DNA of 64,000 nucleotides, taken from positions 160,001 to 224,000 of the forward strand of contig CAWKKR010000011.1 in NCBI GenBank assembly GCA_963850305.1, written 5' to 3'. The position numbers were made by a program, and so were the translations under genes. Numbering within the stretch: position 1 is the stretch's first letter; each line of letters starts with the position of its first letter. This document shows, piece after piece, positions 9,170-18,691 of the stretch. The notes under the pieces were generated by a model that was not told where the DNA came from, searched no databases, and saw nothing but the letters and a program-made list of their open reading frames with translations. Origin of the DNA: an uncultured delta proteobacterium (GTDB taxonomy: Bacteria; Myxococcota_A; Polyangia; Polyangiales; Polyangiaceae).

Positions 9170-10329
9170 TGCCGAGGCGAGCTCCTGCGATCGCACTCGC
9201 CGTCTTGTTGGCGGCTGCGACGGCGAACGGGGAACACCCGGTACCGCTGGGCCGCGGAGAAACCGCCTGGCGTGACTCGGCGAGGGGCGCCATCCGCGGC
9301 CTGACGATCGGCCCCATCGAGAGCAGCTTGCATCCGGGAAAGGGCTACGGCACGGCAGCATGCGCGCGCGCGATGGACGATGCGCGGAGGATGGGCGCCA
9401 ACTGGGTCAGCCTGACGCCATTCGGTCGAACGTGGGACCTTGCGCCGTCGGGCGTCGATCCGACGTTCGAGGCGCCGTTCGCGGTCAACCGGATAGCGGT
9501 CGCCCGGGCCGTGCAGCAAGCGCACACGCAAGGCCTGCGGGTGCTGCTTGTTCCGCACCTATGGGTCGAAACCGGCGGATGGCGCGCGCTGATCGACCCG
9601 GGCACCGACGCCGCCTGGGAAGAATGGGCCGCAGGATACCGAAGGTTCGTGCTCGGCTGGGCGAGAGTGGCGCAATCGTCCGGCGTAGACATGTTCGCGA
9701 TCGGCGTCGAGATGCGAAACTTCGCGACGACCACGCACGCGCCGCTCCTGTCGAGCATCATTCGCGATATCCGCCACGTCTACGACGGCTTGCTGACCTA
9801 CGCCGCGAACTGGGACGACGTGGACGACACCGTCATCCTGGGCGACCTCGACGTGATCGGCGTGAACGCCTTCTTCCCGCTCTCGGATCGACATGGTGCG
9901 ACGTTCGCCGAGCTCGAAAAGGGTGGGCAGGATGCTGCTGCGAAGATGCGAACGCTCGCCGAAACCTGGCACAAGCCAATCGTCTTCACCGAGATCGGCT
10001 ACACGAACCGGAAGGACGCGGCCGTCGAACCCTGGACCTGGCCCGACGCCATGAAAGACGTGACCACCGACCCCGTCTCGCAAGCGGAATCCTTCGCGGC
10101 CCTGCTGGCTCCGTTCGTCGCCGAGCCGTGGTTCGCCGGATTTTTCGTGTGGCGCGTCTACGCTGATCCAGATGACATGTCCCAGGAGGCGGAGTGGGGG
10201 TTCTCGCCGCGCGGAAAGCTCGCGGAACTCGTGGTTCGCGACGCCTTCGCCGCGCGCTGGGCTGCCGATGGGCCGACCCCGTCACCGGGGAGCATCTTCA
10301 CGCCGAGAGCGTCCATCGTGGGCTTCTGA
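9169..10329 (+). CDS. Secreted glycoside hydrolase, GH113-like TIM barrel
   Basis: Signal peptide; MGANWVSL, FAIGVE, LTYAANWD, DVIGVNAFFPL, IVFTEIGY, GFFVW, GFSPRGK. Confidence 0.8.
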   Translation: MPRRAPAIALAVLLAAATANGEHPVPLGRGETAWRDSARGAIRGLTIGPIESSLHPGKGYGTAACARAMDDARRMGANWVSLTPFGRTWDLAPSGVDPTFEAPFAVNRIAVARAVQQAHTQGLRVLLVPHLWVETGGWRALIDPGTDAAWEEWAAGYRRFVLGWARVAQSSGVDMFAIGVEMRNFATTTHAPLLSSIIRDIRHVYDGLLTYAANWDDVDDTVILGDLDVIGVNAFFPLSDRHGATFAELEKGGQDAAAKMRTLAETWHKPIVFTEIGYTNRKDAAVEPWTWPDAMKDVTTDPVSQAESFAALLAPFVAEPWFAGFFVWRVYADPDDMSQEAEWGFSPRGKLAELVVRDAFAARWAADGPTPSPGSIFTPRASIVGF

Positions 10330-10349
10330 AGATACCTTCGAGTGCGAGC

Positions 10350-11366
10350 TCACCCCATCGGATACGGGATTTCCTTCGTGATCTCGTCGCAGGCAAAAAG
10401 TGCGGCATCGGGAATCTTCACGCTCGACGCGCGCAACAGGTCCGGGAGTTGCTCGACTTTCGTGACACCGACGATTGTCGAGCCCACGAACTCCCTCGAG
10501 AGCGTCCACGCTACCGCAAACGTGGCCACGGGCATGTCGCACTCCCCGGAAAGCTTTGCGATGCGCTCGGTCGTCGCAAGGGTCTTCTCGTTCACGAAAC
10601 GCCGCGTCATGGTCTCACCGCGGTGCCCCCCGTGGCGATACATGGAAAAACGAGCACCGTCAGGCCATTTGCCGCCCTGGTATTTCCCGCTGAGGACTCC
10701 GCCGGCGAGCGGGCTGTACGGCAACAGGCTGACCGACTCCCTGCGGCAGACGTTCTTGAGCTCGTCTTCGAAACGGCGATTGCAAATGCTGAAGTTGTTC
10801 TGGATCGTCTCGTAGCGCGAAAGTCCTTCGTACTCGGAGATCACGAGGGATCTGGTGAGACCGTAAGCGGTCTCGTTCGAACACCCCACGTAACGAACCT
10901 TTCCCGACCGGACGACGCTTTCCAGCGCGCGCAGGGTTTCGTCGATCGGGAAATCCGGATCGGGCCAGTGCGTCTGGTAGAGATCCACGTAATCGGTGCC
11001 GAGGCGGCGCAGGCTGCCCTCGATCGCGCGCTCGATGTTGTGTGCATCGAGCGTCCCCTTCCCGGACCGAACGGGCGTCTTGAACCAGCCGCCGCTCGGA
11101 CCCGCGACTTTCGTCGCGATGACGAGTGAGTCTCGCTTCTTGCTCGAGACGAACCGTCCGACAATCTCCTCCGACCGCCCGGCGTAGTCGTCGAGCGGGG
11201 GCACTGGATAAATTTCGGCGACGTCGAAGAAATCGACGCCCCCGTCGTACGCACGCTCGAGGATCGCCAGGCTCGTTGCTTCGTCGGCCATGCTGCCGAA
11301 CGTCATCGTACCGAGGCAGATCTCCGAAACCGTGAGGCCCGTTTTCCCGAGGCGGCGATACTTCAT
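10350..11366 (-). CDS. Aldo/keto reductase (Tas-like)
   Basis: VSEICLGTMTFG, DVAEIYP, DLYQTHWP, GKVRYVGCSNE, YSPLAGG. Confidence 0.92.
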   Translation of the reverse strand: MKYRRLGKTGLTVSEICLGTMTFGSMADEATSLAILERAYDGGVDFFDVAEIYPVPPLDDYAGRSEEIVGRFVSSKKRDSLVIATKVAGPSGGWFKTPVRSGKGTLDAHNIERAIEGSLRRLGTDYVDLYQTHWPDPDFPIDETLRALESVVRSGKVRYVGCSNETAYGLTRSLVISEYEGLSRYETIQNNFSICNRRFEDELKNVCRRESVSLLPYSPLAGGVLSGKYQGGKWPDGARFSMYRHGGHRGETMTRRFVNEKTLATTERIAKLSGECDMPVATFAVAWTLSREFVGSTIVGVTKVEQLPDLLRASSVKIPDAALFACDEITKEIPYPMG

Positions 11367-11397
11367 GGTGTGTCACCCAGGCTACCGCAGAAAGCGC

Positions 11398-12006
11398 TCA
11401 AGCCCAGGCGCGACCGTAGGCCGGCCGCTCTTTGAGTCGGGTGAGGTACTCGGCAACATTTCGAAACTCCGCCGGAAGTTCGCCCGTGATCCTCGCCATG
11501 ACGATGCCATAGGACACCATGATGTCGGCGGCGCTGAACTCGGACCCCGTGATGTAAGCCCTCTGTCCGAGCGTCAGCTCGACGAGCTCGATCGCCGCGC
11601 GAAGGTGCGCCCTGGATTCCGTGACCACGTCCGCGAGGCGCGTGGCCTCGGTCTTGCCGAAGCGATTCCTCACGATCATCGTCATGTATACGGCAAGCGA
11701 CGCCTCGCCGAAGTGAAACCACTTCAGATACTCCGCCCGCTCGTTCGTTGCTGGAGGCGGAGCGAGCCGCCCGTTTCCGTAGCGCTCCAGCAGGAACTCG
11801 AGGATCGCACCGGACTCGAACATCACGATCCCGTCGATCTCGACCGCCGGGACCTGCCCGAGCGGGTGCAGCTTCAGATGAGCGGGGCTTCTCAGCGATT
11901 CGGGCGTGAACTCGACCTTCGCCAGCTCGTACGGCACTCCGAGCTCTTCGAGCAACCAGATGACTCTCGCGGACCTCGTGCGACGCGCGTGATGAATCCT
12001 GATCAT
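11398..12006 (-). CDS. Glutathione S-transferase family protein
   Basis: RSARVIWLLEELG, HPLGQVP, ESGAI, FSAADI. Confidence 0.92.
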   Translation of the reverse strand: MIRIHHARRTRSARVIWLLEELGVPYELAKVEFTPESLRSPAHLKLHPLGQVPAVEIDGIVMFESGAILEFLLERYGNGRLAPPPATNERAEYLKWFHFGEASLAVYMTMIVRNRFGKTEATRLADVVTESRAHLRAAIELVELTLGQRAYITGSEFSAADIMVSYGIVMARITGELPAEFRNVAEYLTRLKERPAYGRAWA

Positions 12007-12088
12007 CTTCACCGGATGCTCGCAGAACCCGCGGCACCGGTCATCCACCGACGCGACTTTCCGCAGCAAAGATGCCGCGAGCTATCGG

Positions 12089-12631
12089 TCAGATGGCGTC
12101 CGGCCCCGAGTCGCTGACGGAGCCGTCCGTCGACGCGTCGGGCATCGCGCCGCCGGTCCCCGCGTCCGTGCCGCCACTTCCCGCGTCCATTCCGCCGCTT
12201 CCCGCATCCGTGCCGCCACTGCCCGTCGCGCCGCCGCTTCCCGCATCCGCGCCGCCGCTGCCCGTCGCGCCGCCGCTTCCCGCGTCCGCGCCGCCGTTGC
12301 CCGTCGCGCCGCCGTTGCCCGTCGCGCCGCCACTGCCCGTCGCGCCGCCACTGCCCGCATCCGCGCCACCGCTGCCCGCATCCGCGCCACCGCTGCCCGA
12401 GTCGACGCTCTCGGTACCACCCGCGGCCAGAGTGTGGCCGCCGGTTCCGTTGCTGCCGCCGGACGAAGAAGCGCCGCCCGCCCCCGAGTTGCTCGACCCG
12501 CCGGTTTCCGCGCCGCCACCCGCCCCGGAGTCCACCGTTCCGGGCGGTTGCGAGGATGATGACGAGCCGCAGGCCGTCATTGCGGGGCTAGCAAGAAATC
12601 CGAGGACCAGTGCACATGCAAAGCGGTTCAT
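12089..12631 (-). CDS. Gly/Ser/Thr-rich low-complexity lipoprotein
   Basis: Lipobox MTAC, then repeats of GSGGADA / GSGGAT / GNGGAT with no globular domain. Confidence 0.65.
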   Translation of the reverse strand: MNRFACALVLGFLASPAMTACGSSSSSQPPGTVDSGAGGGAETGGSSNSGAGGASSSGGSNGTGGHTLAAGGTESVDSGSGGADAGSGGADAGSGGATGSGGATGNGGATGNGGADAGSGGATGSGGADAGSGGATGSGGTDAGSGGMDAGSGGTDAGTGGAMPDASTDGSVSDSGPDAI

Positions 12632-12718
12632 CGACCCACCTGAATGGTTGAAAGTTGAGCCAGGACCGTAACACGGCACTGCGTGAGCTGAACCAGATCC
12701 GTCACACGAATTTATTAT

Positions 12719-14986
12719 TTAATAATTCGCGGTGTCGACGTGGATACCGTGCGGTAACGCGAGCGGTACCTTCACGACGTCGCTCGGCCCTCCCCGAAGG
12801 TATTCGTAGCGTGCGAGATTGCCGAGCACGCGCGCGACATAACCGCGAGTCTCGGCAAACGGGATTCGGGCGACCCAGACGTCCAGCGGCAGCTCCTCGC
12901 CCGTTTCCAGCCAGCGTGAAACGGCGCGCGGCCCGGCGTTGTACGCGGCGACCGCGAGCGCAATGTGACCATCGAAGGTCGCGAGCATCTTCTGCAAATA
13001 GAAAGCACCGAGCTCGACGTTGTACGCGGGCATCTTGAGGAGGGTCGGGTCCGGATCCAGGCCGAGCTCCTTGGCGGCCAGCGTGGCGGTCGTCGGCAGA
13101 ATCTGAAGGAGCCCGATGGCGTTCGCCGTCGAGACGATCCCCGTCTTGAAGGCGCTTTCCTGTCGCATGACGGCATGCACGAGCCCGTACGGGAGGGCGT
13201 GCGTCGATTCCGCGATGCGTACCTCGTCCGCAAAGGGCGTCGGATAGACACAATCCCACGCCCATCGCGTCGCGTCGGTCGGGTCGCGTTCGAGTGCGCG
13301 ACTCGTCACCGCAACGCGTCCCGCGCGATAGCGCTCGTAACCCGAGCCTATTTCCGCATATTCCTGGCAGAGCGCCTCGTATCCGCGCGGCGCATACCGC
13401 GCGATGATCTCGGGCTCGTGACGCGCAAGCTCCTCCTCGGCGTCGAGGGTCAGGCCCAGTCGGTCGAGCACCACCACCTTGTCCGGCAATTCGACCGGGG
13501 GCGGCGGCGCACCTTTCGGCGGAGGGTCGCCGGCAGCGGCAGACGCCCCGGCAGAGCCCAGTGCGGTGAGCCGCGCTTCCGCGACGAGCGCCGGATACGT
13601 GAGCGGACTTTCGCGAATCACGCGCTCGAGCGCGGCAACGGCCGCATCGCGGCGGCCATCCTCGGCGAGCGCGGCGCCAAATAGTTCTTCGAGACTCCCT
13701 CGCTCCAGCGGGTCGTTCTCCCGGATCGCGAGATCTTCGAAGAGGGACGCTGCCTCCGCCGGATGCTTCGACGCCAGCAGCGTAAGTCCGAGCTCCCGCC
13801 GGACGACCTCGGTAAAGCGACCCGGGTGCCGCGCCGGATGCGAAGCCAGGTAAGCGCGATAGCCCTTCGCGGCCTCGTCCCATCGTCCCAGCAGAAACGC
13901 GAGGCGAGCGGCTTGATACCGCGCCTCTTCGGCAAATGGACTGGTCGGAAAGCGTTTGACGAGGGAATCGTAACGGGTGATGGCCGTCGCGTCGTCCTGC
14001 GCGCGAGAGAGGGCGCGGGCCGCGAGAAACTCGTCATGGCTCGCTTCCTTCGAGTCCACCTTCGCCGCCTGCTCGAGAAGAGTGGCGGCTTTCGCATAGT
14101 CCTTCCGCGACGCGAAGCACGCGAGCCCGCGCGCGCGAAGCAGCTCGGCCGGCGCGGGTTTCACGCCCGGACCCGTGGCGGCGGCGTCGATGGACCGCAG
14201 AGCCTCGTCGAGGAGCCCCGCTTCGGCGAGTTTCTTGGCGCGCGTGAGCTCCTGGTCGGACGTCAACCGAGCCTTGGTCGGAAGCGCGGCGAGGTCGGCA
14301 TCGGCGACCAGACCGGCGGCCGATGCGGGGGCGACCACCGCAAGCCAGCGCAGATCCGTCTCGGCCGTGACGAAATCTTTCGTCGCGAGCGCGACCTTGG
14401 CGCGAAGCGAGCGCGCGCGAACGCGGAGGGTCGTTGCCCGTTCATCGTCGGCGGACCCGATCATCCGCAGTGCGCGATCGAGCATGGTGCGAGCGCTGGA
14501 CGGATCGCCGGCCCGCTCGTAGGCGAGCGCCGCCATGACGAGCGACTCCGCGTCAGCACGAGTCGCGAAGAACCGCGCAGCGTCCAGGTAGGGACCGATC
14601 GCGAGAGCGCATTCCGCTCGATCGTGCCGGATCTCGTCGGAGAACATAGGCAACGACGCATCCAGACCGGAGAGCTCACTTGCCGCCCGCGTGAAATCGG
14701 AGAGCTCCATCGCCGCCCGCGCACGCGCATAGCGGACCTCCGGGCTCGCCGCCCGCGAAGGCGGCAGCCGATCCATCTCCAGCGCTGCCTCGCGGAAATC
14801 TCCGTTCCTGAGCGCCTGCACCCAATCCTCGGCGAGAAGCGGCTTGGGGGCCGCCGCGCTCGAGACCGTCCGAAGCGCGAGCGCACCGGACGCCACGGGT
14901 CCCGGAGTACGGGTCACCGCCGGAGACTCCCGACAGGCGACGAGTAACATGCCGAACGCCAGCGCGCGCGCGGCAGGTCGGTACAT
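12719..14986 (-). CDS. TPR-containing soluble lytic transglycosylase (SLT) lipoprotein
   Basis: Lipobox LVAC; TPR-like helices; SLT motifs AVMRQES, GLLQILP.TA, AAYNAG, ETRGYV. Confidence 0.9.
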   Translation of the reverse strand: MYRPAARALAFGMLLVACRESPAVTRTPGPVASGALALRTVSSAAAPKPLLAEDWVQALRNGDFREAALEMDRLPPSRAASPEVRYARARAAMELSDFTRAASELSGLDASLPMFSDEIRHDRAECALAIGPYLDAARFFATRADAESLVMAALAYERAGDPSSARTMLDRALRMIGSADDERATTLRVRARSLRAKVALATKDFVTAETDLRWLAVVAPASAAGLVADADLAALPTKARLTSDQELTRAKKLAEAGLLDEALRSIDAAATGPGVKPAPAELLRARGLACFASRKDYAKAATLLEQAAKVDSKEASHDEFLAARALSRAQDDATAITRYDSLVKRFPTSPFAEEARYQAARLAFLLGRWDEAAKGYRAYLASHPARHPGRFTEVVRRELGLTLLASKHPAEAASLFEDLAIRENDPLERGSLEELFGAALAEDGRRDAAVAALERVIRESPLTYPALVAEARLTALGSAGASAAAGDPPPKGAPPPPVELPDKVVVLDRLGLTLDAEEELARHEPEIIARYAPRGYEALCQEYAEIGSGYERYRAGRVAVTSRALERDPTDATRWAWDCVYPTPFADEVRIAESTHALPYGLVHAVMRQESAFKTGIVSTANAIGLLQILPTTATLAAKELGLDPDPTLLKMPAYNVELGAFYLQKMLATFDGHIALAVAAYNAGPRAVSRWLETGEELPLDVWVARIPFAETRGYVARVLGNLARYEYLRGGPSDVVKVPLALPHGIHVDTANY

Positions 14987-15035
14987 GGCGGTACCCGTAC
15001 CATGAACCCGCGGCCGAAGCCTGCGCCGAGGGCCC

Positions 15036-15153
15036 AAGCTTCGTGAGCAGCGGAAGGTTTCCCAGGTCGCGCCCGCCTCGACGCTCGGAGTGAAGCAGCC
15101 TACGGTCTCGAAGATCGAGCGGCGTGAGGACGTGGAACGATCAGACCTTCGCG
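15036..15153 (+). pseudogene. XRE/HigA-type HTH antitoxin remnant
   Basis: In-frame KLREQRKVSQVAPASTLGVKQPTVSKIERREDVERSDLR; no in-frame start for the first helix, and similarity is lost after about 40 codons. Confidence 0.55.
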
Positions 15154-15379
15154 CGGGATCTGGACCAGCTCATCGAGTGGGGCTCCTCGAACGTGGTTCG
15201 AATATCGCCTCTCGATGCGTAGCTCCGGTCAGGGAGACACGGAGCTCACGCGTGAGCTCCGCCCTCGGCTCGGGCGGCGAGCAGGGCGGCCCCAATGACC
15301 TCCCCGTCCTTTCGCTCGCCAAGCTCATGTTCGACAACGGCACGGCGATTTGACGCGGAGTTCCGGCCGAGAAGTGGGG

Positions 15380-16033
15380 TCAAACCACTACGAACTCGCG
15401 CTCGGGAAGCAGGACGGCGGTCAGTCTACCATCGGGAAGTAACCCGCATCCGGTGTCGAGGCAGATCAGATGCTCGCTCACGAACGGCCCCCTCCGCTGC
15501 ACGTAGTGGCCGCAGACCACGAGCGCTCGTGGACGGCTCGTCGCTCCGAAGATAGGCCAGCCGTCTTCGGACGCTAGGGTCGCTCGGTCTCGCGCACACG
15601 GTCTGGCAGGATCGAAGCCAGCGTGGCTTACGAGTAGCTCATCTGATTCCCAGAACGCTTTGAGTGCAGACAAGAACTTCAGGTGCGCCGGAGGGAAGGC
15701 CCTCACGAACGCGGCGTGCACGTCCCCCGACACAACGGGGAGGTAGGACGCTAGCGTTGCCAGGCCACCGGTTCTCGCGAAGCGGCCAAAATCCCCGTCC
15801 TCGATGTACCGCAACAGCGCGAGATCATGATTGCCACAGAGGAACGTGAAACGATCGGGAGCGGCCTGTGCCAGTCCAACCAGCCTGTCGAGCACCTTCG
15901 CGGAATCGGGGCCCCCATCCACGTAATCCCCGACGAACACGACGTGCCGTGTGTCGAACTGGAGGCGATTCAGCATCTCGTCAACGCGCCCGACGTGTCC
16001 ATGCACGTCGCCAACGACGGCCAGCGGCTCCAT
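15380..16033 (-). CDS. Calcineurin-like metallophosphoesterase (PrpA/ApaH-like)
   Basis: GDVHG, GDYVDGG, GNHD, SHAG, CGH, LDTG; ATG overlaps the upstream stop (TGATG). Confidence 0.88.
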   Translation of the reverse strand: MEPLAVVGDVHGHVGRVDEMLNRLQFDTRHVVFVGDYVDGGPDSAKVLDRLVGLAQAAPDRFTFLCGNHDLALLRYIEDGDFGRFARTGGLATLASYLPVVSGDVHAAFVRAFPPAHLKFLSALKAFWESDELLVSHAGFDPARPCARDRATLASEDGWPIFGATSRPRALVVCGHYVQRRGPFVSEHLICLDTGCGLLPDGRLTAVLLPEREFVVV

Positions 16034-16821
16034 CACGCCCACCAGCGAGCCGGAGCCGTAGCGTAGTGAATCGGCCGCTCCGCGGTCGCCAGGCGTAAGG
16101 CGATGCTCGACGCAAGCGGAAACACGCGATGGCAGCTAACTGCAAGCCCTTCGAGGCTGCCGAAAGGATTTGGGAGCACGCCATCGAGGTAGCGATCGAG
16201 GTACACGAACGATTGCGTCCAGATCTGCTCCGGCCGCATGCGGCCGACTCGCGCATCCTCCAGAAATGCGCCCAGATCCGCGTCTCGAAGCACACGCGCG
16301 ACCGCCGGTATGGCGAAGACTGGAACGCCCCGCTGCAGGCACCTGAGGTAGACCACCGAACGAACAAGAAACAGCGCGGTCGCCGCCACGTCTAGCACTC
16401 GCCCCGGCGCGATTGGACGCGGAAGGTCGAGGGCTGCTGTCGCCGCGCGCATCCCCGCTATCGTGCGTTCGAAATCGGGCATCTCCCACGCCGCGAAGAT
16501 GCGAGTGAACGAGCCGTGAACATCCTTCAGGACACGGGACTCTTGTTTGAGGTGGAGGACGAACAGGCTGCCGCTGCGTGCCGCGTCAGCCAGATCGTCT
16601 TCCTGGTAGACCGTGAGCGAAACATGCCCCCCCTGCTCTTGCTCCTCGGGCCGAGCATCGATAGCAACGACATCGACGTCCGAGTCGGGCCGAGCATCTC
16701 CGCGGGCCACGCTGCCGTACACCGCCACGGATGGCCGGATTGCAACAACCTGGCGCACCTCCGCGATGGCCGAAAGGGGCATGTCGGGCGGGTCGGCCTC
16801 GCGGAGGGCTTCCACGGACAT
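16033..16821 (-). CDS. Pol-beta/minimal nucleotidyltransferase with extended helical C-terminal domain
   Basis: YGSVARGDARPDSDVD (GS...DxD), then GSLFVLHLKQESRVL and about 150 helical residues; start ATG 16821 or 16782. Confidence 0.8.
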   Translation of the reverse strand: MSVEALREADPPDMPLSAIAEVRQVVAIRPSVAVYGSVARGDARPDSDVDVVAIDARPEEQEQGGHVSLTVYQEDDLADAARSGSLFVLHLKQESRVLKDVHGSFTRIFAAWEMPDFERTIAGMRAATAALDLPRPIAPGRVLDVAATALFLVRSVVYLRCLQRGVPVFAIPAVARVLRDADLGAFLEDARVGRMRPEQIWTQSFVYLDRYLDGVLPNPFGSLEGLAVSCHRVFPLASSIALRLATAERPIHYATAPARWWA

Positions 16822-16847
16822 GCGTTTAGCATGATACGCTGTCGTTC

Positions 16848-17210
16848 GTGAGGTACTGGCCGAACCCCGCGCACAAGGAAGAAACGACGGAGGCGGGCCC
16901 TCCGGAGTGGAACCCGGACAAGGAGAAATGTCCACGAAGCATGACCGTCGAAGAGCGCGTGGCGTTGCTTGAGGCATCAGTCGCGATCGAGGAGGGAAAT
17001 CCCCGCTCGAGGCGGTTCGCGCTGCGCCGCTCGGAACGCGGGCTGGAAGTGTTCGACATCAAGCACACCCGCGATGTGGCGGGGGAACCCGAGTTCCACG
17101 GGCATCCCGCGTCACGCGTCGACGCGACCGTCCTCAAACGCTGGCGCAACGGCGGCCTCATCACGGACGCCGAGTACAATCGCCTCCGGCGCGAGCTTCC
17201 GGGATGCTGA
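16848..17210 (+). CDS. Small hypothetical protein, putative nuclease-type toxin
   Basis: 120 aa, YWPNPAHK...KCP...RRFA...EFHGHP; overlaps the next gene by 7 nt. Toxin role is inferred. Confidence 0.65.
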   Translation: MRYWPNPAHKEETTEAGPPEWNPDKEKCPRSMTVEERVALLEASVAIEEGNPRSRRFALRRSERGLEVFDIKHTRDVAGEPEFHGHPASRVDATVLKRWRNGGLITDAEYNRLRRELPGC

Positions 17211-18691
17211 TCGGGAACCGCAATCGATTCGCGCTGGAGCTCGCACCTGTCGAGCCGTCGTGGGATGCGCGCTACGCACCTGAGGGTGCTGCGTGGGCAG
17301 GACTGAGCGTCTGGGTGGATGGGAAGAATCTCTGCGAACACGTTCGTTCCGGTGAGGAAGAAGTGCGCCGCGCCCTGTACGTTCCGCTCGGTCCGATTGC
17401 CGACTGGTTCGTGCGCGCGCTGCCCGGCCTCGCCTTCGAAGAACGCTTCCCCCGGTTGGCCGCGAGCTCGCCGCATCTGCATCAAATGATGAGGAAGTGG
17501 GGGGAGTCATTTCCCCCCGCCGGAGTGGACGAGGACGGATGGCTCGATTCTCGCGAGGCTTTCTGGGCGCGACATTTTCTCCTGGCCGGCGCGGACGGGG
17601 CGCGGTTGCCTAACCTGGCGTTCTTGCGTCAGGACGACGAGGTTCGACTCGTATGGGCGGCCCCGCCGTCGGCCAAGTCCGCGGATCTGACGTTCGTGAG
17701 CGCGGAGGGGATGTTCGTTGCTCCTTGGAGCGACTTCGAGGCGGCAATCGCCCGTTTCGTGCAAGAGGTGGCGACGGGATTCAAAAAAAAAGACCTTTCG
17801 CCATACGCATGGGTCACGAAGCCCCAACCGCACCTACATGGCCTGAGGGCGCGCTCCGTAGAACCGATCGCCTTGTATTGTGCGCGTCCGCTCGATGAGG
17901 TCGCCACGCTGCTTGGTGTGAGGGAAGCCGAGCTCGACCAGGTGCTGGGCATCGAGGGGGACGTGCAACCGGCCGCTAGCCCGCTGTGTCAGATCCTGCG
18001 GGACCTGCCACCGCAGCCCTCGCGGGGCGTGGGAAACGAAGCACAAGCGACCGTGGAGACGTCCAGGGCAGCTGGCACCCGGCCCGAGATTTGGTTGAGC
18101 GCACGGCTGGATGCGATCGACGCCGCACGTGCCGGTCCACGGGCAGAAGAAGCCGGTCTCTTCGCGGCCACGGCGCTGCGCCACCGGTTGAAAGCCAATG
18201 GAGAGCCCATAGATATCGAAAAGCTTCTCGATCACCTGGGTGTCGAATGCCGGGAGAGCCAGTGCACGACGCTGCACGAGCACATGTTCATTGCTGCCGT
18301 TCCTGGCCACAAAGCCGCGACGACCATTCTCAGGAGTCCCCAGACGAGTAAGGTTTGGGGGCGTAGATTCGAACAAGCCCGTGCACTCGGCCACGCGCTG
18401 TTGGACCCTTTGCGAAGTGATGCCCTCGGTGCTGCGTCGACCAATTGGAGTCAAGACGTGCGCCGGCGCAGGTCGGGCGCTTTTGCCGCGGAGCTTTTGT
18501 TGCCACGAAGCGCCCTCGAAAGGGCGAGCGGCGGACACTTGGATAGCGAAGCAACACTCCAAGGTTTTAAAGACCTGCTTCAGCGGTACGGAGTCGGCGC
18601 GAGCACCGCGGCGTATCAGCTTTACAATAAAAGGCTCATCAGCAAGCCGATCAGGGACGAGTTGATCGTGAAGTACGCGAGCGAAGCGTGA
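17204..18691 (+). CDS. Two-domain protein: N-terminal immunity-like domain + degenerate ImmA/IrrE (peptidase M78-like) domain
   Basis: EPIDIEKLLDHLGV, RRFEQARALGHALL (HExxH replaced by RAxxH), AFAAELLLP, RYGVGASTAAYQLYN. Confidence 0.8.
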   Translation: MLIGNRNRFALELAPVEPSWDARYAPEGAAWAGLSVWVDGKNLCEHVRSGEEEVRRALYVPLGPIADWFVRALPGLAFEERFPRLAASSPHLHQMMRKWGESFPPAGVDEDGWLDSREAFWARHFLLAGADGARLPNLAFLRQDDEVRLVWAAPPSAKSADLTFVSAEGMFVAPWSDFEAAIARFVQEVATGFKKKDLSPYAWVTKPQPHLHGLRARSVEPIALYCARPLDEVATLLGVREAELDQVLGIEGDVQPAASPLCQILRDLPPQPSRGVGNEAQATVETSRAAGTRPEIWLSARLDAIDAARAGPRAEEAGLFAATALRHRLKANGEPIDIEKLLDHLGVECRESQCTTLHEHMFIAAVPGHKAATTILRSPQTSKVWGRRFEQARALGHALLDPLRSDALGAASTNWSQDVRRRRSGAFAAELLLPRSALERASGGHLDSEATLQGFKDLLQRYGVGASTAAYQLYNKRLISKPIRDELIVKYASEA

